Assembly (NCBI RefSeq): GCF_009914755.1
Contig: NC_060935.1
DNA length: 64,000 nt
Direction: 5' to 3' (one strand)
DNA from: the human T2T-CHM13v2.0 reference genome, Homo sapiens
A model generated the notes under the pieces. The model did no database searches. It was given only the letters and a program-made list of their open reading frames with translations, and was not told the DNA's origin. A program made the position numbers and the translations under genes. Shown here piece by piece: positions 1 to 16,190 of the stretch. Within the stretch, counting starts at the first letter, position 1. The number at the start of each line of letters is the position of its first letter.

Positions 1-117
1 CGGGAGGCTGAGGCAGGAGAATGGCGTGAACCCAGGAGGCAGAGCTTGCAGTGAGCCGAGATCGCGCCACTGCACTCCCGCCTGGGCGAGAGCGAGACTC
101 TTGTCTCAAAAAGAAAG
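1..117 (+). mobile_element. AluY right arm (cut by window start)
   Basis: GGAGGCTGAGGCAGGAGAATGGCGTGAACCC...GAGATCGCGCCACTGCACTCC plus A-rich tail. Confidence 0.9.
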
Positions 118-499
118 AAGTAAACTGTAACGATGCAGTAAGACAAACTAACAAGCATTCCAATCCTGCACGGTATGCCCCCAGGTTGAGAACCCCGCCC
201 AGCTAAGATGCTACAGAAGTAAGAGCATGGGATGGGAAGTGCAAGAGGGCCACTTTGACTGTCAGCTCAGACATCACAGCCAGTTAAGGAAGTGGAGGCT
301 GCAGCAAATATTTTTATATTGTTTAGTCATTTCATTTGCCTTCCTTGAACTCCACGGCTTTATAGCAAGAGCCCTGATGGTGGCTGCTTCGTGGTCTTTT
401 TGGTGACAGAATGATGAATTGCTATCACCTCTCAAGCATAGGATTGTAATGAGAATTTGTGCATTCTCTCACCCAGATGAAGAAGAATGGATGCTCAGA

Positions 500-1000
500 G
501 GCAAAATGGGTGGGGTGTGCTGGGTGTGCTGGCTTTCCTGCATTTACCCCTTTCGCACCCATTCCCTACCCTTCTCCAGCCTGCTCTCTGCCCCATATCA
601 AATATGGATTATATCACTGGGCCCCCAAAGCCTCTGGACTCTGTTTGAGTGACCAGTGGGAAGCTAATGCAGATCAGCTGAAGGAAATAGTGTGAGGTCA
701 CAGGCTTTGGTCTCCTGGTTCCCACTGTAGGACATGGCTTCGGGCTGGCTGTACTCCCAACAAAAAGTTGCTGCTCAACACACTTTCTTCCCAGTCCCAG
801 CAACATCCTTTCCACCTCATCTCTTTAGGTTAAGGGTGGTGAAAATCCAACCTCCTCTTGCTCCAATCCCTCAACTCTCCTTGTGGTTCCCTTATTCCCT
901 GCATAACCCTGTGTGATTAGACCCTTCATAAAAAAAACTTGTTGAAATGCTAATTTAATGTGCCATCTGTTTCCTATTTGAACCCAAATAATACTAACAT
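500..1000 (+). mobile_element. Old ERVL-class solo LTR (LTR33-like)
   Basis: 3' terminal motif tgtgccatctgtttcct...taaca and internal motifs resembling LTR33; boundaries approximate. Confidence 0.5.
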
Positions 1001-1176
1001 GTTTCTTGAGACTTTGGCTAAAACCTTGAGACAGCCAGGTGATATAGAAGAAGGTGTGCTGCCCAAGGTTGATGCCGCAAAGTACTGAAACAGGTGTTTT
1101 CAGGAGTTACAGGACCAATGGATAATGAGGGAGCTTTGACCCATGGGCTAGACTGTTTAACTGAAAAAGTGATGAG

Positions 1177-4100
1177 TATCTTAGGTTTGGTTACCTAGAA
1201 GCAGAATCTGAGATACGAATTCTAGTGCAAGTGATTCATTGAAAAAGTACTTTCAGGAATAACCTGTAAAGGAGTAAAGAAAGCAGAAGAGAGCAAGGGG
1301 AGAAACAAGGCACAAGCGTGGTTTCAGCTTAAGCATCAGGCTTAAGAGCATGCCAGGGGATAATTGACAGCACAGGCTCATCCCATCTCTAGGCAAAGGG
1401 GCAACCTCATGTGTCCCTGTATCAGTCATTTTTTTGTGTGTCACCCACAACAAGAGGCATTTCTAGGTGAGGTGGATCCCCTGATCCAAGAGCAATTCTC
1501 AAGAGAAGGGTGTCACTGGTAGCTATTAGTAGCTAATATTTATAGCACTGCCAAGTAAAGAGGACCTGGACAGGGCTCCAGTTGCATCTATTAGAGTCTA
1601 TACCTTATTCACTGGGATCAACTTGTTTCTCACAGTAAAAACTACTCTATCAAGGCAGTTTCCCCAAATTAGCCAGAATTTCTTGCAAATGTTTTTAGAG
1701 GAGGGTTAATAGGAAGAACTACTCTCCACTGCTGCAGTTGGTCAAGGGGACATAAGGTATATTTATTACGTCCTTCCTCTCCCACACCAGTCTCACTTCT
1801 GCTGGTCTAGGTGGCTTGACAGGTGGGATAACCCAGACCCTTATCCTTGAGGGGTCTGTGCTCCTGGTCTGTATGAACTTATGAGACTACGGCGTTGTAT
1901 TTTCCTATTCACATTTCACACTGGGCAGGAGAATAACAAGAGATGCCCCAGTGGGGCATGTTTATGAATATGTTTGCCTGAACACCAAACGTATTCCTTA
2001 CTGCCTTCATATATAGTAGTAGTCTACCTTCTTGTGATGTTCAGGACCAATTACTTCTTCCAGCATAGTAACTGCTTTCTGTGTCTGTTAGTCTACTGGC
2101 ACAGGGAGCTCAAATTGTCCAGGAGGCAGCCGTAGCTTTAAGTTTTGAGAGACACCTACTGAGTCACCTGATGAAAGGGTTTCTCCTCTGGACATCAGGA
2201 CATCTAGAGGCACACGATGTCAAGCTACAGGGCAGCAAACACAAATCCCCCAAGTGGTCTCCCAAATGGATCTCCAAGCTTGTTGGTTTCCAAACTCACG
2301 TTTCTATCTGTCGGGGGCACTACACCATATAATGGCCATTGGCTTAATGTTCCTGGGTCTGACAACTGGCTCGGGTATGAAAACTAGGCAAGGGATTATG
2401 ACTTGTCATTCGTCAGTTGAAGCCCATATTCTGCTCATTCATTTTTTATTTCTTTTGATCATATGTATTAAGCACTACTCTTGGAGGAGCACACAACTTG
2501 TTCCTAAGAAAACCAGGTTTTATTCGTTATCTCTGTAGAGTTCTAGGGGCCAGGATTCTATGGCTACCATCCAGTCTTGCTACCCATTACAGGAATTTTG
2601 CCTACCTCGAATCTGATGATTAAGTGCTGACACCTGGCTCTTCCTAGCTCGTGATCCTATCTTCCCCGTTCTTAGGGAGCCCAATTCTGTGGCAGCGCCT
2701 CTTTCCATCAGCTCCAGCCTACAGAGGAAAGTCACTAGTGATCTTCTCAATTATGCTGACAAATCCTTCACCTGCAGATTTTTACTTCCCTGATACAGGC
2801 CAGCAAGTATTTCTTCCAAACTTACATAAGTGATCTACTCTAACATGCTGAATTCTCTGAGCCTTTCGTTCCCCTCTTCCGCAATCTGACAAGGCAGTTT
2901 TTGCATTTCTACTTTATTTAATGCGGGCTGACACTTTTTGCAACTTGTCAAGAGCCATCCATCGGTGGATCAGGAACAATCAGTCTCCAGTGCACTTATC
3001 ATGGGAAAGTGCCACATAAAAAAATTCTCCCTTATTTGGTTTCATATTCCATCCTTATCAATCCAGCACCCTCAGAATTTACTTCCAGGTATGTTCTCCC
3101 AGTTGTAGCCAGAATATGTCAGGTAGGCTCTTCAGCTCCTTCAGTGTCAAATCCCTCTCCTCCCTTAAAAAGAGCAGCACTTCCCCAGTTGGTCTATGAT
3201 GAGCTTTGACCCAATTCATTGCTCTGGTTGCCAGCAGAGAAAGTAAGGGCAGATCCTGGGAAAGTCAGGCATTATCCTGTAAGACATTTTTGTGGTCTTT
3301 CCATGCTGTTCTAGCAAGAAGACTGCTATCTTCCTGCATGGTCATTGGGACAAAAGAAAAATTTCAGGGCTTAAGGAGTTAAGTATACCAATCCAGATAT
3401 CCCCATTATCCCAAGTCTCAGAGTCACACTCCTTCCTTATGAGGGCCCTGACTTTGGCTCAGGAGACTTGTCTGGGCTAAGAATTTCATTCTCTCTAAAG
3501 TTCTCCAACCCTTACAGTTGAATGCCTTGCCTCATTATCAGCTGCAAGAAATGAAGGTATTTCTAAATGCTGCCAAGAAAGGCCTCTGACTCACACTTTG
3601 CTCTAAATTTTTGGATTAATAAATACGAGCCTGCTATTTTCTGTCTTTGGTGCTCCAATCATGCTTAGCAACAGCCATCCAATGCCACAATCCTTATCAT
3701 CACTATCATCTCTGCATTTCTCAGAGTCAGAGATACCCACGAGCAAATTCATCTTCCACCTCTTCTAAGTCCAAGTTCACCACAATTGAAAGTTTTAACA
3801 ATCACACTGCTACCACATATCAGCAACGGTCAGTACTCCAAATACCACCATAGGGTACTCATTGACATTTAGCCAGTTGAACAATCCAATGCAATATTCC
3901 TTATTATGGCCTGCTTTTTGTGACCACTCCTGTTACCAACTGTCTTTGGCCAGGTTCCACAGAAGCAGAAGTTGAGAAGAGGATTCTGATGCAAATAATG
4001 CAGTGAGGAAGTGCTCTCAGGAGAAAACTATAAGGGAATGAGGCAAACGGTACAATGGGGTGATGCTTGAAGAAGATGTGATTCAGGTGAAGTCAGGCTT

Positions 4101-4310
4101 TGTCCAAAAGATAACTCTGGAACATAAATGACACTATACCCAGCCCCAACTTGTGCAAGTTAACCTCCCTTTTATTCACACATATCAGTCAACCATTGGC
4201 TGTGGGTCACCCTTGGGGAGAGGGCAAACCTTCCAGTCATTTCAAGTGAGAAGCTCCTCCTGTCTGAGAGCAATGCTCAGAAGAGTGCGGCCATGAGTTG
4301 TTAGCGGGAA
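1177..4310 (-). mobile_element. Internally deleted ERVL provirus (LTR16-type LTRs at about 1177-1595 and 3941-4310; HERV16/ERV3-16A3-like internal region)
   Basis: Two related LTR starts (tatcttaggtttggttacctagaagcaga / tgtctttggccaggttccacagaagcaga). PBS-proximal gttggtaacaggagtggtc on the minus strand at about 3940. Decayed ERVL dUTPase-like peptide (LKLRLPPG.F.L.VPVD) on the minus strand at about 1980-2160. Confidence 0.7.
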
Positions 4311-4739
4311 AGAAGCAGAGTTTCTCAAGGGCTGGGCTGTCAGTAGCTGACTGCTTAGTCATAATTCAATAGGGATTTAATAACGTGGAGGACAGTGAGA
4401 GAGTACATTTTTATGTAACTTTGTAAGAAGTAAGAACAAATTCATAATGTGTTAAAGTTATAACAATGGTTGCTAGATAAAGCAGAGGATGGCTACACAC
4501 AGAAGGAAAGGAGACAGCTAGGCTCGACCATGCTTGCTTGTGTCTTCCAAGCCTCCTTCTAAAGTGATCTGTGAGGGCCACAGCCCCTGTGTAGCCATGT
4601 CCTCCACAACACAACCACATGGCCTTTCGCACTACAGCAGGCACCTGAGGCAAGTGCAGACAAATGTGTAGACTAGCAATGGATCTACGAAAGTAACAAC
4701 AAATAATGAGCTGGGACAATCAGATCATTTCTCCCATTT

Positions 4740-6760
4740 TTTTCAATTATTTATTTATGCATTCATCTTGTATTCATGGTAATTTATTTTAACCTTTGGG
4801 CTCATTTATTTTGTCATTCAAATTGATCCAGTTTGGGCCATGGGGAGATCTCTCTGTTTGTTCCTATTTCCCTCTGATATACTCCCTCAGATTTACAGGC
4901 TCATCTTCTCTTCATTTAATTTCCTGCCCCAGTCCTACAATCAGCCATTTCTCCAAGGACTTCTGATTTCTTTTTTTTTTTGAGAATGGTATTAGAAACC
5001 ACAGTCTGGGTGCTAGGGGTACTCATTACTATTGTTATTGTTATTTGACAGAGCAAGGAAATATATGTATGTATAATAACTCATAAATATACATATTTAT
5101 AAATATTTCTTTTATATACATATTTATAAATAATCTGTATTTATATTTAACTAAATATGAATTCATACTGATGTCTAATTCATTACCTCATTGATCATTC
5201 TAGCACCTTTCTCTTGCTTATCTGTAACTTCTAACTCCAACAGTGAGAAACCTGGATTCCCCCAGCCCCCATTCATTTGCTTAGGAGTTCAATTACAGTG
5301 TACCTGTAGAGCAGTATCAGAATTATTAACCTATAACCTTGGGGAAAACAATTTTATCAAGTAGAGTGCAGAGCTTGTGTACATTTTCTTTTGCCTTTAA
5401 GCTTACAGGCTCCACTCATTTACAAAGTTACTCAGATCAGAAACTTTTCCCCCAACTCAACTCAGAGAGATTGTTTCACACATTTGTAACAGTTACATCA
5501 TTTTTGTCACATTCTGCATTCCTTCCTGGAATCCTCTGACTTCCTAAATGATTTTTCTTTTAATTCTCATACATTGTTTCATTCTTTGTGCAGTAAAGTT
5601 CTATGGGGTTTGACAAGTGCATAGTGTCATGTATTTACTGGTATAGTATCATACAGAATAGATTCATCACCCTAAAAAATCTTTTATACTTTACCTATTC
5701 AATCCCTTTTTTCCTCTTAATCCACTGGCAGTCATTGATATTTTCACCAACCCTATACTTTGGTCTTTTACAAAATTGGAATCAGAGTACACATGTTCCC
5801 AGACTTACAATGATTTGACTTACAATTTTTTTAAACTTTAAGATGTGTGAAAGCAATAAGCATTCAGTAGAAGCCATACTTTAGTACCCATACAAGCATT
5901 CTGTTTTTTACTTTCAGTAGAGTAGTCAACAAATTACATGAAATACTCAATTACATGAGATACTCAAAGCCAATTATAAAATTGGCTTTGTGTTAGATGC
6001 TTTTGCCCAACTATAGGCTAATGTAAACATCCTGAGCACATTTAAGGTAGGCTAGGCTAAGCTATGATGTTTGGAAGGTTAAGTGTTTTAAATGCATTTT
6101 CAGTTCACAGTATTTTCAACTTGCAATTGTTATAACAGGATATAACCCCATCATAAGTTGAGGAGCATCTGTATGTAGCCTTTTCAGACTGGCTTCATTA
6201 ACTTAGCAATATTCATTTAAAAATGTATCCATGTCCTTTCATAGCTTGATAGATCATTTCTTTTCATCATTGAGTAGCATCCCACTGTTTGGATGTACCA
6301 TAGATTACATATCCATTCACTTATTGATGGGCATCTTTATTGCTTCTAGTCTCAGGCAATTATGAATAAATATGATTTTAACATTTGTGTGCAGGTTTCT
6401 GTGTGGGCATAACTGTTCAAATTGGTTGAGTAAATATCTAAAGGCATGATTACTGAATGACATAGCAAGAGTATAATCACCTCTCTAAGAAACTACCAAC
6501 TGTCTTCCAAAACAGCATTACCATTTTGCATTCCTGCCAGCAATAAATGAGATTTCCTATTGCTCTATATCTTTGACAAAAATTGCTACTGTGAGGGTTT
6601 TTTATTTTTTTGATTTTGACCATTTAAAATGTATAGTTGCATAATATTGTTGTTTTAATTTGCAATTCCCTAGTGAGATATGATGTTAAGCATATTTTCA
6701 TATGCTCATTTACTATCTGTATATCTTTTTCTATTCAGATTTTTTGGCCAATTTTTCTGG
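4740..6760 (-). mobile_element. Old L1M (L1MC-like) 3' region, interrupted by MER47
   Basis: Typical L1M 3' antisense motifs (ggaatca..gtatgtagccttttcagactggctt, ccattttgcattcc..cagcaat). Confidence 0.7.
5790..6171. mobile_element. MER47A-like Tigger (TcMar) non-autonomous DNA transposon
   Basis: Imperfect TIRs cacatgttcccagacttac / ataagttgaggagcatctg with TA duplications at 5788-5789 and 6172-6173. Confidence 0.8.
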
Positions 6761-6761
6761 C

Positions 6762-6894
6762 CTTTATTTATTTATTTATTTTTTTATTTTACTTTAAGTT
6801 CTGGGATACATGAAAGAAAGTGCAGCATGCAGGTTTGTTACATAGGTATACATGTGCCATGGTGGTTTGCTGCACCCATCAACCCGTCATCTAG
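6762..6894 (-). mobile_element. Short L1PA 3'-end fragment
   Basis: actttaagttctgggatacatg...tgcacccatcaacccgtcatcta with a (TTTA)n tail. Confidence 0.85.
6763..6788 (-). terminator. PATE2: Candidate PATE2 poly(A) signal cluster (overlapping AATAAA in an L1 tail)
   Basis: First AATAAA hexamers I could find downstream of the PATE2 stop on the minus strand; five copies within an L1PA 3' tail. Confidence 0.5.
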
Positions 6895-7976
6895 GGTGCA
6901 GTCAGCCTTATAAGGACAGAAACACCAGGGTTAGTGTGTATCCAAGGAAAATGTGCCACCTTGGCCACAGGTGTGCTCCAACATCAATGCTACTCAGTTT
7001 CTCTTCCTATCTGTTTCTGTGTCTTCCTTCTTCTCTTCCCACCACTGTTACCCATATATGCTACCTTTCTCACACTTTCTGCAAACTCATAACTTCCTCT
7101 TACACAGGGCACTCTGTTACTTGAACACTACCTCATGGTATCTATTTACATCCTATTATCTTCAACTACTACACCACCTGCCACATTATCAGCATTTTGT
7201 TTGCTCAGTCCCATGAGAAGAACCTGACTAGCCATCCTTAAAAAAACACTCTGTTCCCAATCCAATCACCTAGTTCAACCATGTGCCCAAGGCTGCCTGG
7301 CCAGCCAGGGCAATGATAATTCAAGCCAATTCCACCCACAGCAAGTTATTTCTCAGATCTTAGTTTTTACCAGTTGAAATGCCCCCTGAAGTTTTCTTTG
7401 ATGCTCATCCCTATGTCTGTTCAGTTTTTTTTTTCTGCCCTGAGGTTCCCCCAAGAGCTCTATCAGAGAAAGACTTGGCCCATGCTGCCAACACACTGGG
7501 AAGCTGGGGTTAGCCCTCTCCAGAACCCACGGGCAGAAAAGGACAGTGCCAGAAAGTGTCAGGGCTAATCCAAAGAGAATTCCAACGGAGAGGAGTGTGT
7601 GTGTAGATGAGGATAGAGGATAGTCACAGAATTCTCAGTACAAATTGGAGATTATTATGGCCCAAGTGTTCACATTTTCATACAGGAGATAATAAATGAC
7701 CAAGTCTGAGCTTATTCATGGCAGTATCACGTAAGGAGAGCAAAACCCCTCCCACCTGTTAGCGACAGGGATGTGCAAAGAGTGAGTCTAGTGCTCCATC
7801 ATCAATAGGCTCCGCTGTCCGCACTGCGTCTCCTTATGCCTGCTTGTCTTTTCACTATGAGCTGGCTTTCTCACTCTCTACCAATGCATAGAAGAGGAGA
7901 GCAAAATTCAGGTTCAGGGAAGAGAAAAAGAGCGTAGTGGTTGAAAAAGAACCCAAAATCCAGGAGAGACGTAGAA

Positions 7977-8141
<165 letters not shown>

Positions 8142-8391
8142 TCATAATGACCTCATTTCCTTTTACTGCGTTCCTAGGAGTAATCTGTTTTTGTGTCCTC
8201 ACTAACCTTTCTCTAGGCCCAAATGAGTTCCAAAGCTGAGTCTGTTAATTGCTGACCCAGAGAGTAGATTTTATTCCCTGCCAGGTAAGGGACATCAGCC
8301 TCTTTTTCACTCAATATGGTCTTAGGGAAAAGTCTGTCTTTGCCATCCCCTCAAGACCACCCCATACTCACCCATCCCATTCACCTACTCA

Positions 8392-8676
<285 letters not shown>

Positions 8677-8685
8677 TTATTTTTG

Positions 8686-8920
8686 CCTAGTGGTTCCTAA
8701 CATTTTTTGGACCATGGACTCTTGGTAATCTTGAGAAAGATAGGGATAATCATGCTGCGGTCCTCCCCATGTACACATTAATAAATTTGTACACATTTTC
8801 TCCAATTAAAAAAATCTTGTGAAAGATAACCTGTACAAACATAAATCAAACACTGTATATGATTTCAGGAGGTCAGGGTTCCCATGAAATTTATCCATGG
8901 ACCTCCAGTAATGAATCCCT
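8686..8920. mobile_element. hAT-Charlie-type MITE in PATE2 intron 2, split by a 70-nt retroposed insert
   Basis: Terminal motifs tagtggttcctaac / gtaatgaatccct and internal ccatggacc motifs; exact family not determined. Confidence 0.5.
8743..8812 (+). mobile_element. L1-mobilised, polyadenylated mini-insertion resembling an ERV1 LTR R region
   Basis: AATAAA at 8780-8785, A-run at 8808-8814, 16-bp TSD aatcttg(a/t)gaaagata at 8727-8742 and 8813-8828. Confidence 0.7.
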
Positions 8921-9146
8921 TATCTAGCCTGATGATTTTGCCGAGTAATGGGTAAAAGAAAGTAAAGTGGATCTTAGCCTCCTTACTCTAAGAAATGGAC
9001 AAAACAGGTCTGGCAGGAGGTGAAACCCCTAGGATTCTATAATAAGAATGGATTACAGGCCTCTCTGAAGATGAAGGAAAGGTTTGCTCCTAAACATGTC
9101 ACAAATTGCCTGTTTACCAAGGACTTCAGAGAAGCCATGATTGTAC

Positions 9147-9170
9147 CTTTTATAGGGTCATGAAGTTCAC
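9147..9170 (-). CDS. PATE2: PATE2 coding exon 2 (24-nt microexon, G-ELHDPIK-A)
   Basis: Acceptor cttttcacag| and donor AAG|gtacaa; phase 1-1; keeps the frame between exons 1 and 3. Confidence 0.88.
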
Positions 9171-9316
9171 CTGTGAAAAGAAGAAAAACCTTCCATGTTA
9201 CAATCTCACATACATCTGCCACTGCCCCAAGAGCCAATTTTGAAAACTTTCTCTTCCCCCAGCATCTGTCCGTCTCTTAACCAACCACCAGCTTCCCCTC
9301 TGTCTCCAGGACTTAC

Positions 9317-9368
9317 CCCAATATGGGCAGAGCAGAAAGACTGTGCCCAGGAGAAAGAGAACAAGCAT
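9317..9368 (-). CDS. PATE2: PATE2 coding exon 1 (signal peptide MLVLFLLGTVFLLCPYW-G)
   Basis: ATG at 9368-9366, hydrophobic signal peptide, phase-1 donor G|GTAAGT at 9316. The four joined exons give 342 nt = 113 aa + TAG, matching the PATE2 protein as I recall it. Confidence 0.95.
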
Positions 9369-9450
9369 CCTGGAGCTTCTGTCAGGTGCAGCTTCCTGTG
9401 GAAGGAGCAAGTTGTTCTCTTGTGATCTGTCCTTGGGCTAGTCATCTAAA

Positions 9451-9457
9451 TTATATA
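9451..9457 (-). promoter_or_regulatory. PATE2: PATE2 TATA box (TATATAA)
   Basis: TATATAA on the minus strand about 85 nt upstream of the ATG. Confidence 0.6.
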
Positions 9458-9646
9458 ATCATAAAATTTCAGGGACAGGCAGTATGGCAATGTTCCAAGC
9501 CAAACCACCATATCTGATTGCTGCACAGCATTCTAAAGAGGGTACTCACTTTGATTTTGTGCAAATCCTCTAATGAAAATGAAATGGTAATGTTCCTGAT
9601 TCACCAGACCTGCTCCTACTTCAATATTGCAGAGTTTTAAAAAGTA

Positions 9647-9778
9647 TTTTCAACTTTCATTTTAGATTCAGGGGGTACATGTGCAGGGTTGTTACAGGGG
9701 TATATGGCTTGATGCTGAGGTTTGGGGTACGAATGATCCCGTCACCCAGGTAGTGAACATAGCACCCAACAGTTATTC
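9647..9778 (-). mobile_element. Old L1PA/L1PB 3'-end fragment
   Basis: ttttagattcagggggtacatgtgcagg...cacccaggtagtga. Confidence 0.75.
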
Positions 9779-9849
9779 AGTCCTGCCCAGTCTCTCCTCA
9801 CAATGTTGCAGGTTTTAATACATCTGGGAGGTGTTCTTTACATCTTCTT

Positions 9850-10490
9850 GTGTTTCATCCTCATTGAGCAATCTAACAGCAAGTCTTATCCATTCTACCT
9901 ACTAACTTCTCACATGGGTTTATTATTCTCTGTCGCCACTGCCATTACCATAATCCAGTCTATTATGTCTTGCCTGGACCAAGCAATGGCCTTATTTCTG
10001 GCCTCCATGCTTCTCCTCTGCCCCTTCATAATCATTTCTTCATAAAGCAGTCAGAGAACAAGTCATAGATGCCACACCCCTGCTGAAAACACTCTGACGA
10101 CTTTTTATTACCTTTGAAAGAAAATCCAGAGTTTTTATCATAGCCGGCAATGGCTTTGTCATTATGAGCAATGGCCTCCCCTCCAATCTCCTTTCTCTCC
10201 ACATTTCCCTGGCTCACTCAGGTCTTTGCTCAAATGTCACTCCCTCAGACAGAGCAGCATTTTCTGCTTAATCTCTAGAAAATGACAGCCTTCATTTCCT
10301 ACCTTTTTCCCTGTGGTATGTTTCATTGCAATTCTAATAAGCTGATCTTACATTGCTATTGGCTCACTTTTTTACTCCTCCACTAGAACAAAGCAAGGGG
10401 TTTCTTTGGTTTATCATGGCACACTTGGCATCTAGAGGCTGGGAACAAAGGAAATGCCCAACAAATATTTGTGGGAGGAATTAATAATGT
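9850..10490. mobile_element. L2 LINE 3' fragment
   Basis: Motifs ccatcatgtcttgcctggac-like, gctcaaatgtcact, ccactagaa and aacaaatatttgt...aattaat typical of the L2 3' end. Confidence 0.6.
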
Positions 10491-10789
10491 TCTTCCCATA
10501 TCCTGCCTTGCATCCCTCCAGTCCATTCTCCACAGAGCATCCAGCTTTATCAGACTGGTTTTTTGAACTATAATAAAGACAAGAAATGAGACTTTCTACA
10601 TTCCAGCAAGGGTCCCAAGATAGTAGGTAGCAAGTGTTTCACATTTCAAAGTGAAATGCTATGCTACTTAGGCAGATTTACAAAGAAAATCAATGAAACC
10701 GTGTTTAATATCCTGGACTTGCTGCCCACCTGGAGGGTATAAATGAACAGTGAAGTGCCAGAAAATAAAATGGAAGGAGTTTCTATAGT

Positions 10790-11250
10790 CTAGTGTGAGG
10801 GTTACTTTTCTATATATGGCTCAAAAAACAGAACCATAAAAAAGATATGTTTATCTATATTTTTAAAAAATCTTCTACATAGATGGAAAACCAATCATTA
10901 ATCCATAAGCAAAGACCAAATAACAAATAAACCATTAAAAATATTTGCAACTCATATCTCAGACTAAGGGCGAATCTCCCTATTATACAAAGATATTCCA
11001 GAAATTGATTTTTAAAAGATTAACAATTCAAAGGGGAGAGACGCAGTCAATAATAATGTCATAGTTCACAGAAAAAAGAAACAGAAATGCTTCTTAAACA
11101 CATGAAATATGGTGAACCTTGCTCCTAATTTTAGGATATTAGTTTTACTTAACAGATTTGCAATAATCAGAATTTGGTAACACAACTGTGTTGGCAAGAT
11201 GGAGTAAAATGAGCACTGTCATACATTGCTGATGGGGCTGTAACTTAATA
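10790..11250 (+). mobile_element. Old L1ME-like ORF2 3' fragment
   Basis: aaaatatttgcaact, agttcacagaaaaa, catacattgctgatggg motifs. Confidence 0.6.
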
Positions 11251-11282
11251 TATCAGTAAGGAATAAAATTAGACAATAGCTC

Positions 11283-15289
<4,007 letters not shown>

Positions 15290-15720
15290 TCAACTATTTT
15301 ATTTGAGAAGGAAAGTGAATAATAAATTGTCCCTTTGTTGCAGTCCACAAACCATTTCTAAGATAGATTACTAGAATTTGCTGATCACGTGGAGCATCTT
15401 TCATTTAGCAAGCTAGTAAAATGTATAAGAAGCCACAAGAAAAGGGTTTTGTAAAACAGCAAAACTGTATTTCAAAATGTGCCATTTTTTTTTTTCAAAT
15501 CGAGCTTTCTTATCAGGAAAATAACCCACATCCTGAGATGCATTTCTAGCACATGCAGAAATAAGATGCTCTTTCATTTTATCTGGCCTCACACTTCTAT
15601 TCACAAGAATGTTTTCACAGAAATAAAACCAGGATGATCTCTGTGTCCTAACAAGTTCAAAGATGCAAATGAAATCATTTAATTCCTGATCTTTCACTTA
15701 TTTCTGTTGGTAACGAAGTC
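15290..15720 (-). mobile_element. hAT-Charlie transposase fossil (N-terminal zinc-finger region)
   Basis: ORF 15413..15697(-) CENIL.N.S.RPDKMKEHLIS...KKARFEK...PFLVASY, then LAK..MLH and LEMVCG; resembles Charlie/Buster/ZBED5-type transposases. Confidence 0.6.
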
Positions 15721-16019
15721 TCAGGCACTGCTAATACTCATAGTTGGTTGACAATATTCAGTAGAAAAAGAAATTATTCACATCAATTAGAAGTTAATAA
15801 AAAATAAAAATATACATTTATCTATTAGAGTTCATGGACTCCATGAAACTAAGAGGACACTAAACCCATAATGGTAAACCTTGCTCAGGAATGGAGGTAA
15901 GGAGCTAACAAAAATCTGATACTTGAAAGTATAAAATCAGTCCATAAATGTTCTGAAAGAGCTTTTTGCAACTTTTTATTATTCATTGTGATTTTTCATC
16001 TGAAGCATCATATTAAGAG

Positions 16020-16190
16020 CAATGTGGTGAATGAAACGTGAATTTTTGTGACACTGATCTAGGCTTGAACCCCAGCTTTGCTCCTTGATATACACTTCAC
16101 CACCATGTTGTCACCAGGGCTCCATGAGACAATCTACATAGAAGGGCCCAGCCTTGTGCATGGCACATAGTAAGCATTCAATACATGTTG
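16020..16190 (+). mobile_element. MIR
   Basis: ctaggcttgaaccccagctttgc...tggcacatagtaagcattcaata. Confidence 0.6.
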
